From the IMG/VR virus record IMGVR_UViG_3300007734_000734, positions 1-60,726 of that record: a DNA stretch of 60,726 nt; one strand, given 5' to 3'. Numbering within the stretch: position 1 is the stretch's first letter; each line of letters starts with the position of its first letter. The notes below the pieces were generated by a model. That model ran no database searches. It saw only the letters and a list, made by a program, of their open reading frames with translations, and was not told where the DNA came from. The stretch is from a virus. Its lineage: Duplodnaviria; Caudoviricetes. The translations under genes and the position numbers were made by a program. Below are positions 47,945 to 56,452 of the stretch, one piece after another.

Positions 47945-48763
47945 CTATTCATCGTCATCCACTTCTCTTCCTTTTATGTCTGTGTATATTATTTGTGTTC
48001 CTGTTAGTTGAAAATACAATTTGTTTTCAACAGTCCCATTTCTGTTCTTATTAAACATAACATATGTTCCGCCTCCATCACTTTCTTTTTCCTTTCTAAT
48101 TTCTGCTGCTGCGTCTACCATATGTTTCATTTTGTTGCTGCCTACAAACACTCCCCCTTTTGTTACCTGTTGAATGAGCATGAATGTGCTAAATTTATTT
48201 GCTTCATTTTCTCCTTTATTGTTTTTGACACATTCATCTACTAACCATGATTCTGCTACTTTTCTGTCCCATCCGTTGTCATTTCTTACTCCATCAAGTA
48301 CTTCTGCTACACTGTCAATCAAAATCAAATCCCAACCTAAATTTAATGACTGTTCAATTACATCTTTTGTGTTGTGATCTGTATAGTCTGAAACAAATAA
48401 TGTTTGTACACATCCAAATTGTGGAAAACGTTGTGTGTATTTAAACATTTGTTTTTTTCCCATTTCACCTGAAATGAACAAACATTTTCTAGTTGGATCT
48501 TTTAATTGAATAGATGCTAATAAATCTAACAATAGTGTTGTTTTTCCTGTTCCTGGATCTCCAAACAACATTAAATTAGTTGCGCTTGGTACTCCTCCTT
48601 CATGACTAATTAACTCATCTAATACTAATCCACTTTTCATTTGTCCAAACATTCTTTCGTCCACATAAATGTCTTTTAGTTTAACAATTTGACTAAAATC
48701 TATTTGAACGTGTACCGGCACTTGCTCCGTTATTATTTTTTTTGGTCTGCCTCGTTTTTTCAT
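47945..48763 (-). CDS. RadA/Sms-like RecA-family ATPase with N-terminal AT-hook
   Basis: Walker A GDPGTGKT, ISGE, Walker B LILIDS, QVTKGG...KHMVD, KNRNG; N-terminus MKKRGRPKK. Confidence 0.85.
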   Translation of the reverse strand: MKKRGRPKKIITEQVPVHVQIDFSQIVKLKDIYVDERMFGQMKSGLVLDELISHEGGVPSATNLMLFGDPGTGKTTLLLDLLASIQLKDPTRKCLFISGEMGKKQMFKYTQRFPQFGCVQTLFVSDYTDHNTKDVIEQSLNLGWDLILIDSVAEVLDGVRNDNGWDRKVAESWLVDECVKNNKGENEANKFSTFMLIQQVTKGGVFVGSNKMKHMVDAAAEIRKEKESDGGGTYVMFNKNRNGTVENKLYFQLTGTQIIYTDIKGREVDDDE

Positions 48764-48831
48764 ATTTTATAGTTTTAAGTTAATACTTATTTTTCTTATG
48801 TCTTAAATATATGTTGGAAGATTTTGTAAGC

Positions 48832-49188
48832 CTAATCCTTGTGTAAACAATATAAGAAACATTCCTTATAGTCATGTTCATCAGCCATTGTTCTTAATTT
48901 TTTAGCTGTAATGGCATTGTAAAATGTCTTACCTCGACCCACTACATCTGCTGTTAAATCCATCCAACCATCATCTGACACATCAAAGCCTCCCTTTCCA
49001 TCTTTGCCTAACCAAGCATCTTCATATTCACGACTGAGTGTAAATGCTTTTTCATTAAGGAATTTTTCTAGTTGTTTAAATGTGTCTTCGTCTAATTTAG
49101 ACCATTCTACTTTTATTCTTTCATCATCATGGTCTAATTTCCATTTGGCTTTTTTAACTATGGTCCAAAGTTGTTTTTCTGTTTTCAT
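48832..49188 (-). CDS. DUF4240-like protein
   Basis: LWTIV...SDDGWMDLTADVVGRGKTFY; start moved to ATG 49188 after TAATATG junction. Confidence 0.6.
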   Translation of the reverse strand: MKTEKQLWTIVKKAKWKLDHDDERIKVEWSKLDEDTFKQLEKFLNEKAFTLSREYEDAWLGKDGKGGFDVSDDGWMDLTADVVGRGKTFYNAITAKKLRTMADEHDYKECFLYCLHKD

Positions 49189-49189
49189 A

Positions 49190-49399
49190 TTAGTCTTTGT
49201 TAAATGTTTGATTGTAGTATTCCTCTGCTGTTTTATCTGTGCTATATTTTCCTTCATTATATGAATCCCAATAAACATTAATTATTTGCTCTTTCTCCAT
49301 TGCTTTAGCCATTTCAAATAGCTTGAAATTTTCTCCTTTCAAAGTAACTTCATTTTCTGTTATAAGCATATCTATTAACCATTCTACTGCTGCTTTCAT
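49190..49399 (-). CDS. hypothetical phage protein
   Basis: AVEWL...AKAMEKEQI...AEEYYNQTF. Confidence 0.75.
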   Translation of the reverse strand: MKAAVEWLIDMLITENEVTLKGENFKLFEMAKAMEKEQIINVYWDSYNEGKYSTDKTAEEYYNQTFNKD

Positions 49400-49400
49400 A

Positions 49401-49685
49401 TTAGTCTTGTTTGTTTATGGGTTTAATAAATACTTTTAAAGTTCTTCCATCATCTTGATAGGATAGTTCTACATTACAGTTCTACTTTTGATATACTCTA
49501 CCATTTTCATCAATAACTTCAACTCTTGTTACTTTTGAAATATCAGCCATATCTCTTTGGCATTGGGTGTAGCCTTCAATATAGCCATTTAAATAACCAT
49601 ATTGCTCATCAATAGAATCACAATACTCTTTACTAGAACCTTTTTGCTTTTTAGCTAACTGTTCTATTTCTTCTTTACTTTTCAT
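49401..49685 (-). pseudogene. hypothetical protein with in-frame TAG at 49482-49484
   Basis: ...VTRVEVIDENGRVYQK*NCNVELSYQDDGRTLKVFIKPINKQD*. Confidence 0.65.
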
Positions 49686-49729
49686 ATTTCCTTATTTAAC
49701 TTAAATATATGTTGAAGAACTTTGTAAGC

Positions 49730-50149
49730 CTATCTATCTTCTTTTGAAAATCCTGCGGAATCAATTTCAGGTCCGTTATCCACAATCATTTCATCTACAA
49801 TTTCACCATTAATAAATCTAGAAACAGAACAAAATTCAATCTCTATGTCATCCTTAATGGTTTTTTTTAATTCGTTGTATTGTTCTTCATTTTCAAGAGA
49901 ACCACATTGAGTTGCAATACCAGAATATGCTTTTATTCTATAAGCACCAAATGGATTTTTAAGTTCTATAATTTTCCAATCCGAGTCAGTTAGCTCGTTT
50001 AAGTTTTTATCCCTATTAATGATAGTTGCTGAGTAATGGTATCCACAATTACCACAATTTATGTATTCTTCACCTGTTTTGTAGTACAGGTCATTAGATG
50101 CTTCTTTCTTGCAATTCGGACATTCTATGTAATCTATTATACTTCCCAT
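49730..50149 (-). CDS. zinc-ribbon protein
   Basis: CPNC...CGNCG; TAG in element. Confidence 0.75.
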   Translation of the reverse strand: MGSIIDYIECPNCKKEASNDLYYKTGEEYINCGNCGYHYSATIINRDKNLNELTDSDWKIIELKNPFGAYRIKAYSGIATQCGSLENEEQYNELKKTIKDDIEIEFCSVSRFINGEIVDEMIVDNGPEIDSAGFSKEDR

Positions 50150-50261
50150 AACTTTTATTTTTTTAGTTTATTTTTCTTATGAAGTAAATATATGTTGAAG
50201 AACTTTGTAAGCCTAACAGTAGGGTAAGTCAGTAACATTTTTATAGGCCTATATGCTCATT

Positions 50262-50906
50262 TTAATTGAGGCAGTATTTCCATTTATATCCATATGCCGT
50301 TTTACTATCCCCGACACAACAAGCATATATTAGAGTAGTTTTCTTATTTAAGTATTTTGACGCATCCATAACTGAATTCCATGTTGTAATATATTTATCA
50401 TTTAAATCTGTCTGGATAATTGATTTACCTATACCTTTTTTATATGAGGTCTTTCCTTTCTTTTTTACACTTAATTTTTCTCCAAATCCATTAGGTTTAG
50501 GTTTAGAATTAGATAATCCTATTTTTTGTCTATGTTCTATAGATTGAGGTCCTTTAGGAGGCATAAAACATTTATGTTTACATAATGCTTGTATGTGTTC
50601 TTTGGTGTGTGGTTTTCTCATTTTTTCTTTAAAAATTTCATCTCTAAACTCCGGTCCACCTCCACCTTTTTTATTTTTATTCATTATTTCAAATCCCCAT
50701 TGTCTAAATTGTTCTATCCAATATGATTCTATTGGTTCCCAATCTTTTCTATTTAGACTATCTACTTTATCTATATAGTCATAAGTAATTTGAAGACCAT
50801 AAGTTTTTCTATGGTTTGATTTTCTACAACCTGTTGTTTTACCTATATATACCTTATTGGAATCATTATAACAATTGGTTACTAAATAAACATATGTTGT
50901 TTCCAT
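50262..50906 (-). CDS. GIY-YIG homing endonuclease-like protein with NUMOD3/NUMOD1-type domains
   Basis: YVYLV...VYIGKT, E..WI...N..GG; HRQKIGLS; WNSVMDAS...TAYGYKWKY. Confidence 0.8.
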   Translation of the reverse strand: METTYVYLVTNCYNDSNKVYIGKTTGCRKSNHRKTYGLQITYDYIDKVDSLNRKDWEPIESYWIEQFRQWGFEIMNKNKKGGGGPEFRDEIFKEKMRKPHTKEHIQALCKHKCFMPPKGPQSIEHRQKIGLSNSKPKPNGFGEKLSVKKKGKTSYKKGIGKSIIQTDLNDKYITTWNSVMDASKYLNKKTTLIYACCVGDSKTAYGYKWKYCLN

Positions 50907-50943
50907 TTATTATAAATATCCAATAAGGTATGCAAGGTGGACA

Positions 50944-51747
50944 TTAATTGCTACAGTATTGTGTTGCTAATTCCCATAATCCTATGTTCACTTTTATATC
51001 CTGTTGGAAATTTTTAATTTTTCTTGCTTTTCTTGTTTTAGTTGAAAAGCCATAGTTAAAATCACCATCAATTACTTTTTCTTGGATACGATTGAATACA
51101 TTCCATAAACTATTTCCTTCATCTTCTACTCGAGTCGCTTTAGTAAACTCAGTATAATCTATTGTGATACGGTTCATTTCTACTTCTCCAAAACGAACTG
51201 TGAGTGCTTTTTTAGCAAAATCCATGATTTGACTTTCTACTAATTCTACACCTTTCATCTTATTCATTGACTCAATAGTGAGTGGTAGTTTCCCTACTAT
51301 TTCATTAATAACATTTTGTAATTGTTTAAAATCATAACCCATATGACGAATCCGTAATTTAGCAAAATCCTGAGTAGAGATGATTAAGCCGTTTTCACAT
51401 ATCATTCTAAAAATAGAACATTGAAATGTAAACGCATTCTTACCATCACTACTATTTGTAAGAAGTATAGAAGGAAATGCATCATCACCATCTGCTCCTT
51501 TTATTACAATATTATTATTTCGAAATATGACTAAATGTTTTTGAAACCCAGCATTTTTACGTGCTTTAATTTCTTTAGCTTCTACTACACCAAATCCTAA
51601 CAAAGCCATGTCTTCAATGACTTTAAAAGTGGGAATGTGTGAGTATTTTTCAGAAGTGCTTTCTGCACCCTTACTTGCGAATATACTATTCGCTTTGATT
51701 TTCATTTCTTCCTTTGTTAGGAAGATGTGACTGTTTAAATCCATCAT
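50944..51747 (-). CDS. DUF932/DUF945-family protein
   Basis: SEKYSHIPT, KH...FR, ILLTNSSDGKNAF, FRMICENGL, SLWNVFNRIQE. Confidence 0.85.
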   Translation of the reverse strand: MMDLNSHIFLTKEEMKIKANSIFASKGAESTSEKYSHIPTFKVIEDMALLGFGVVEAKEIKARKNAGFQKHLVIFRNNNIVIKGADGDDAFPSILLTNSSDGKNAFTFQCSIFRMICENGLIISTQDFAKLRIRHMGYDFKQLQNVINEIVGKLPLTIESMNKMKGVELVESQIMDFAKKALTVRFGEVEMNRITIDYTEFTKATRVEDEGNSLWNVFNRIQEKVIDGDFNYGFSTKTRKARKIKNFQQDIKVNIGLWELATQYCSN

Positions 51748-51812
51748 AACTTTTATTTTTTTTTAGTTTATTTTTCTTATGTCTTAAATATACGTTGGAA
51801 GATTTTGTAAGC

Positions 51813-52100
51813 CTAATTTTTACTTTTCATAGTTAATAATCCTGTTACAGTGAAACTAACACCTACTGTTAACATAATTACTCTTGACGTTTGTTTGTAA
51901 AATGGTGGAATAACATAACTTACAGTGTTGTTAGACGTTCGTTTATTGGTGCCAAACATATATCCACCTTCTAAAATAGCAGATGTAGTAAAAGATAAAC
52001 CTCCTATTGCTAACACAAATCCTTGATTGTTACTTTCATATTTTTTCTGAGCATAACTTATGTTTGTGATTAACATAAGTATTATAATTATTTTTTTCAT
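51813..52100 (-). CDS. secreted/membrane hypothetical protein
   Basis: Signal-peptide-like MKKIIIILMLITNISYA; TAG in element. Confidence 0.7.
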   Translation of the reverse strand: MKKIIIILMLITNISYAQKKYESNNQGFVLAIGGLSFTTSAILEGGYMFGTNKRTSNNTVSYVIPPFYKQTSRVIMLTVGVSFTVTGLLTMKSKN

Positions 52101-52291
52101 TTTGTGTCTATGGGTTTTATGTTTATTTGTGTTGGTAAAGGTAAACCGTATATTTCAATTAGTTTTTTATGTAAATCATCACCTTTATAACATTCTACCC
52201 ACTGACCTGTTTTTACTCCCTCATGCATTAAAGGTATTGTAATTAATTTCTTTTTAAAAAATTTTTGAATTATTTTACTTAATAGTTTCAT
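52097..52291 (-). CDS. hypothetical protein
   Basis: 64 aa, ATGA overlap. Confidence 0.65.
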   Translation of the reverse strand: MKLLSKIIQKFFKKKLITIPLMHEGVKTGQWVECYKGDDLHKKLIEIYGLPLPTQINIKPIDTK

Positions 52292-52311
52292 AATAATAAT
52301 TTAAATAAAAA

Positions 52312-52336
52312 AGGTGGTTCTACAATAGAACCACCT
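52312..52336 (-). terminator. intrinsic terminator
   Basis: AGGTGGTTCTA-N3-TAGAACCACCT followed by T-run on minus strand. Confidence 0.75.
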
Positions 52337-52352
52337 GTGTTTGATTTGTTGA

Positions 52353-52580
52353 TTACGCGAAATTTTTTACTCTCCTACGTGAAATGTAATACATAGCATT
52401 TGCTAATTCTGTTGGAACTGTACGGCGTCCTGCTTTCACATTTGATATGTGTGACTCACTGTATCCTGTTTCATTTGATAATCTCACTCCATCACCACGG
52501 TGTGAACGACATTTGTAGAAAGAAAGAATTGCTGTTCTGTTCATTCTTTTTTTAAGCGATTTTTGTTTTTTCTTTTTCAT
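52353..52580 (-). CDS. basic HTH DNA-binding protein
   Basis: RLSNETGYSESHISNVKAGRR. Confidence 0.7.
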   Translation of the reverse strand: MKKKKQKSLKKRMNRTAILSFYKCRSHRGDGVRLSNETGYSESHISNVKAGRRTVPTELANAMYYISRRRVKNFA

Positions 52581-52653
52581 TTTGTTTTTTTTTATGTTTA
52601 TAACTTATTTTTATTATAATATTAATATAAGTATAAATTTTTAAAAAAACAAG

Positions 52654-52887
52654 CTAAAGAGCAGGACCTTTAACTCTAATTGAAATTTTTGGATTTATTT
52701 TGCTTTTATAAATAAACCAATAGCAATCATTGATGTGGGGATAAAATAAATGTGAGTCTAATAACTTAGACGCTTCTATTACTTCATTTGAGTCATTTGA
52801 ATACAACGTTGATTTATGTTTAACATTTAAACTTAAATCATTTAATTGTTTTTCTAAAAAATAAATATTTTTTAAAGTTTCATTCAT
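52654..52887 (-). CDS. hypothetical protein
   Basis: 77 aa. Confidence 0.55.
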   Translation of the reverse strand: MNETLKNIYFLEKQLNDLSLNVKHKSTLYSNDSNEVIEASKLLDSHLFYPHINDCYWFIYKSKINPKISIRVKGPAL

Positions 52888-52888
52888 A

Positions 52889-53389
52889 TTAAGTAAATTC
52901 TGTTCTTTTCCATCCTAAACCAGATACAAACATGTACAAGTAAAAATGTCCTCCTCCTGTTTCAATTGGCACCATTTCTCCATTAGATCCAGAATATGTT
53001 GGAACGGTCTTTTGAATTGGAATAACAATTGAAGATGAATGAGTTACTTTGAATGCATCTGCTCTTGATCCTTCTGTTCCATTGCCTACTATAAAAAGTG
53101 AAGTAGTGTCTCCTTGTGTATTGTATTTTCCTGACACGTGTTGATAGGAGCCTGATGCTATTGTGAAGTAACCTTCTGCGTGTGAGAAGTCTCCTATTGC
53201 TATTGTACTGTCACCTTCTGCGTGTGACCAATCCCCTGATGCTACTGTGTTTTTACCTTGTGATAAAGGACCGGTTATAGTAATGCTGTTGTCTGTTGTT
53301 CCGTCTAACGCCTCAATTATGTTTAAGATGTCTTGGGCTTCAATATTATTTCCATTAACTACATTTGTTTTTTCAATAGGAATTGACAT
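52889..53389 (-). CDS. YadA-head-like repeat protein (fibre/adhesin-like)
   Basis: ASGDWSHAEG, AIGDFSHAEG, LFIVGNG; ATATTTAT at 53399-53406. Confidence 0.7.
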   Translation of the reverse strand: MSIPIEKTNVVNGNNIEAQDILNIIEALDGTTDNSITITGPLSQGKNTVASGDWSHAEGDSTIAIGDFSHAEGYFTIASGSYQHVSGKYNTQGDTTSLFIVGNGTEGSRADAFKVTHSSSIVIPIQKTVPTYSGSNGEMVPIETGGGHFYLYMFVSGLGWKRTEFT

Positions 53390-53414
53390 ATTTTTATTAT
53401 AAATATGCTAACAA

Positions 53415-53603
53415 CTAAGAATAATTAGGAATTATTATGTATTTAGTGTTTTTAGGTCTATTAAAAGATAATTCTAATGAGTTTAAAATAATTTCAGCAT
53501 ATTCTTTATTTTTTGTTGTGGCTAAAAATCCATGATCAATAGTCTTTTTTGTTATAGAATCTATTTCTATAAACCATATTCCATATTTTACTTCATTGTC
53601 CAT
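53415..53603 (-). CDS. hypothetical protein
   Basis: 62 aa. Confidence 0.6.
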   Translation of the reverse strand: MDNEVKYGIWFIEIDSITKKTIDHGFLATTKNKEYAEIILNSLELSFNRPKNTKYIIIPNYS

Positions 53604-53608
53604 TTTTT

Positions 53609-54322
53609 TTATTTAAAAACTTCATCTGCAAATCCAAGCGATATTGTTTCTTCAGCGTTTAGTATTGTGTCAAAATTCAACATTTCTTTTAATATTAGTC
53701 TAATTTCTTCTTTTTTCTTAACTAATATTTTACTAAAAACATATGTTTTAGAAATTGATGGTGGATAAGTAAATGTGTTTTGTTTAGTCATAATGTCACT
53801 TAATGTTTTGGCTAAGTAACCTAATCCCATTTTTTCTTCTTTTTCTAACATAACATCTAAATAAATGTTTTCCATATCATAGTTTAGTCTCTTACATTCT
53901 TCCGCCCACTTCTCAACTATCTTGGCGTGACCATATCTCCCCTCATAACCATAGTGAATCATAAATCTGGAGTTAGGCATCATTATTCTAACATCTGCTG
54001 CTTGTAAAATAATACTTCCCATAGACATAGCATATCCATATGTTTTAATGGTACAATGACACTTAGACGTTTTAATTGCGTCATAAATAGCCATTCCATG
54101 ATACCAATCACCACCGGGATTGTTCATTATTATAAAAATAGCATCTGCACTTTTAGACTCTAACATGTGTATTCCTTTTACAAAATACTCAGCCATATAA
54201 GAATCAACTCCTGATTCTAATTCTAAGCCTGAGTTAATTGAACCCATGTATATAGTTCTACTTTCAACGTCTACATTATAGTCAAACCATCTGTCTAGTG
54301 TTTCTTTATTTATTCGTGCCAT
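53609..54322 (-). CDS. clpP: ClpP-family protease
   Basis: NNPGG, GMAIYD, GYAMSMGS (Ser), FMIHYG (His), FDTIL (Asp), GFADEV. Confidence 0.85.
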   Translation of the reverse strand: MARINKETLDRWFDYNVDVESRTIYMGSINSGLELESGVDSYMAEYFVKGIHMLESKSADAIFIIMNNPGGDWYHGMAIYDAIKTSKCHCTIKTYGYAMSMGSIILQAADVRIMMPNSRFMIHYGYEGRYGHAKIVEKWAEECKRLNYDMENIYLDVMLEKEEKMGLGYLAKTLSDIMTKQNTFTYPPSISKTYVFSKILVKKKEEIRLILKEMLNFDTILNAEETISLGFADEVFK

Positions 54323-54324
54323 AT

Positions 54325-54567
54325 TTAATTTTGTTTTTTAATTAAATCATTTAACGCCGAGAATATATTGTCTCCAACACCATACAATCCAAAGTATTGT
54401 TTTTCAATGTATCCTTTAACATCGTACATTGCTTCTTCATTTAGTTGTGTGTTAATCACTACCCTTGCATCTGATTCTGTTTGGAAGGCAACATACTTTC
54501 CACCATATCTCATTTGTATTACTGTTAAAGGATAAATCTCCTCATATGTTTTTACTGTTTTATTCAT
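54325..54567 (-). CDS. hypothetical protein
   Basis: 80 aa; starts at MNK junction repeat. Confidence 0.7.
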   Translation of the reverse strand: MNKTVKTYEEIYPLTVIQMRYGGKYVAFQTESDARVVINTQLNEEAMYDVKGYIEKQYFGLYGVGDNIFSALNDLIKKQN

Positions 54568-54573
54568 AACTTT

Positions 54574-54750
54574 CTATTGTTTTATTGTTATTAACCATTC
54601 AAGTAATTTTTCTTTTTCTAATTCTTTTCGTTTAAGACATTCTTCAAAATTTCTATGTGAAGATGCTTCATTCCATCCATAACCCATAGCACTTGCTATA
54701 AGAAACATTACGTCACTTTTTGATACTGTTATTAGTTCTTCTTTATTCAT
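54574..54750 (-). CDS. hypothetical protein (58 aa)
   Basis: Not in track: MNKEELITVSKSDVMFLIASAMGYGW...LITIKQ*. Confidence 0.6.
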   Translation of the reverse strand: MNKEELITVSKSDVMFLIASAMGYGWNEASSHRNFEECLKRKELEKEKLLEWLITIKQ

Positions 54751-55117
54751 AACTTTCTATTGTTTTATTGTTGTATGTTAGTGTGATTAGTTTGGTTGGA
54801 ATGTTATACTTATCATAAGTTTCTTTAAAGTGTGCTAATTTAATAACATCGGCCCACTCCATACGATTTAATTTATCTCTAGAAATATCTCTTCTTTCAT
54901 TCAAACTCAACTCTCGTTCCTCGATATTCAACCCCCATGTTTCAGAGAACTTAACATCAGTTTTACATTTGTTGATGAACTCTTGTTTTGATAGAAGTTC
55001 TCCATTATCATTGATATAGTCATCTGGTGGTAGAATAATGTCACCGTCTTCGTCTGTATAGGATTTTACAAAGTTCTTATAAGCCTCATCAATTATCTGT
55101 CGTTGTTCTTTATTCAT
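54743..55117 (-). CDS. MNKE...IESYE family paralogue
   Basis: FINKCKTD..FSE.WGL.IEEREL and PTKLITLTYNNKTIESYE blocks. Confidence 0.8.
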   Translation of the reverse strand: MNKEQRQIIDEAYKNFVKSYTDEDGDIILPPDDYINDNGELLSKQEFINKCKTDVKFSETWGLNIEERELSLNERRDISRDKLNRMEWADVIKLAHFKETYDKYNIPTKLITLTYNNKTIESYE

Positions 55118-55634
55118 AACTTTCTATTGTTTTATTGTTGTATGTTAGTGTGATTAGTTTGGTTGGAGTGTTTAATTTTTGACCGCCCCATTCGGTTCCA
55201 TCATAAGAAACGGTTTCAAATGCATTAGTATTTAGAAAAACGCCCCATCCAAATTCCGTTACGTAAAAAACTTCATCATCCTTAATCTGTTCAGTTCTCC
55301 ATATGCTTTCATTACTTTCCTTACTTTTACCGTAGTAAATTAATTGTCTTTTATCTGTTAATGAAAATTCCATTTCTCCACCGTGACCAATCAATTTAAT
55401 TTTCTTAGGTAATCTTTCTTCCGAACTCAACTCTCGTTCTTCAATCTTCAATCCCCACTTTTCAGAGAACTCAGGGTCGGTTTTACATTTGTTGATGAAT
55501 TCACCTCTAGTTAATATCCCTTCCCCATTTAATATTGGTTTACCACTAACAGACGGAACCGCATTATCATAAAACCATTTAGTATATTCCTGACCAACCG
55601 CTTCAATAATCTGATTGTATTTTTCTTTATTCAT
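55110..55634 (-). CDS. MNKE...IESYE family paralogue with long variable insert
   Basis: Same conserved blocks, different intervening sequence. Confidence 0.8.
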   Translation of the reverse strand: MNKEKYNQIIEAVGQEYTKWFYDNAVPSVSGKPILNGEGILTRGEFINKCKTDPEFSEKWGLKIEERELSSEERLPKKIKLIGHGGEMEFSLTDKRQLIYYGKSKESNESIWRTEQIKDDEVFYVTEFGWGVFLNTNAFETVSYDGTEWGGQKLNTPTKLITLTYNNKTIESYE

Positions 55635-55940
55635 AACTTTCTATTGTTTTATTGTTGTATGTTAGTGTGATTAGTTTGGTTGGAATGTTATACTTATCTA
55701 ATTCTTTAGTTGCTACCATTATAACATACTCATTTAATTTTCTCTCAGAAGCCCATATCTCTCTTTCTTCAACAACCAACTCTCGTTCCTCGATATTCAA
55801 CCCCCATGTTTCAGAGAACTTAACATCAGTTTTAATACAATGAATGAATGAGTCTTTTGTTAAAGACACTACTTGAGTAGACATTCCAGCAATGATAGAA
55901 TACTTTCATACACTTTATCAATAATTTGTTCTTTATTCAT
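55627..55940 (-). pseudogene. MNKE...IESYE family paralogue, frameshifted near 55900 (open ORF 55627..55884)
   Basis: ATG 55940 gives MNKEQIIDKVYE, one base out of frame with the conserved downstream part. Confidence 0.65.
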
Positions 55941-55957
55941 ATTTTATTTTTTACTAA

Positions 55958-56440
55958 TTAATAAATTCTTACCATCCAAAGTCGAATACTAGGTGTAGAA
56001 GAATTCAACATATCAGAAAATAATGCGTTGTTGATAGTCCAGTTATTAATGAATGTTCCTTGAACTTCTCCACTCCAGTCACCTCCAATTGTAGTGAAGG
56101 AGTGTAATGATATGTGGTTGCCTAAGTCAATCTGATTGGGCACATAAATAATGCTCATACTGTAGTTGTGTGGTGTAGAATTGTTGATAGTATATTGTGT
56201 GTTGTTTATAAAATCTAAAGTGTCGTTAGGATAAATTGATGTAAGATTTTGAATGTACTTAGTTACAATCCATTTACTGCCTATTAAACTTGTTACATTT
56301 ACAGTAGGACCACCTATTACACTATTATGATTAATGCTAGATGTGTTGTGAATAGTAGTCTGTGGACTAACATAGTTTACAGGTTCTTTTTTACAAGAAG
56401 TAAACAATGTTAAAAGTAAGATTGTAATAAATTTTTTCAT
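55958..56440 (-). CDS. lipoprotein
   Basis: MKKFITILLLTLFTSC-KKE lipobox. Confidence 0.8.
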   Translation of the reverse strand: MKKFITILLLTLFTSCKKEPVNYVSPQTTIHNTSSINHNSVIGGPTVNVTSLIGSKWIVTKYIQNLTSIYPNDTLDFINNTQYTINNSTPHNYSMSIIYVPNQIDLGNHISLHSFTTIGGDWSGEVQGTFINNWTINNALFSDMLNSSTPSIRLWMVRIY

Positions 56441-56452
56441 GTTAATTTTTAA

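Larger units (their letters stand above)
39443..51816 (-). repeat. dispersed family of promoter/junction elements (T/N)TAGGCTTAC-N-CATATATTTA-(N)CATAAGAAAAA
   Basis: Plus-strand taaatata...aagcc(ta/aa) near 39443, 40163, 40688, 41086, 41361, 41765, 42287, 42604, 42822, 43966, 44165, 44515, 44773, 45273, 45542, 45969, 46387, 46662, 46973, 47364, 47649, 47917, 48804, 49702, 50185, 51785; also 58530. Confidence 0.9.
54560..55834. repeat. junction and internal repeats of a tandem paralogue array
   Basis: ttattcataactttctattgttttattgtt at 54560, 54743, 55110, 55627 (58-72 bp identity in the last three); second block 54908-54965 / 55777-55834. Confidence 0.9.

Noticed and set aside
49189-49278. 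N-terminal extension of ORF 48832..49278
   Set aside because: Overlaps 49190..49399; the TAATATG junction points to ATG 49188
39443-51816. CRISPR array interpretation of the dispersed repeats
   Set aside because: Copies are degenerate, 200-1600 bp apart and separated by whole genes; no cas genes are seen
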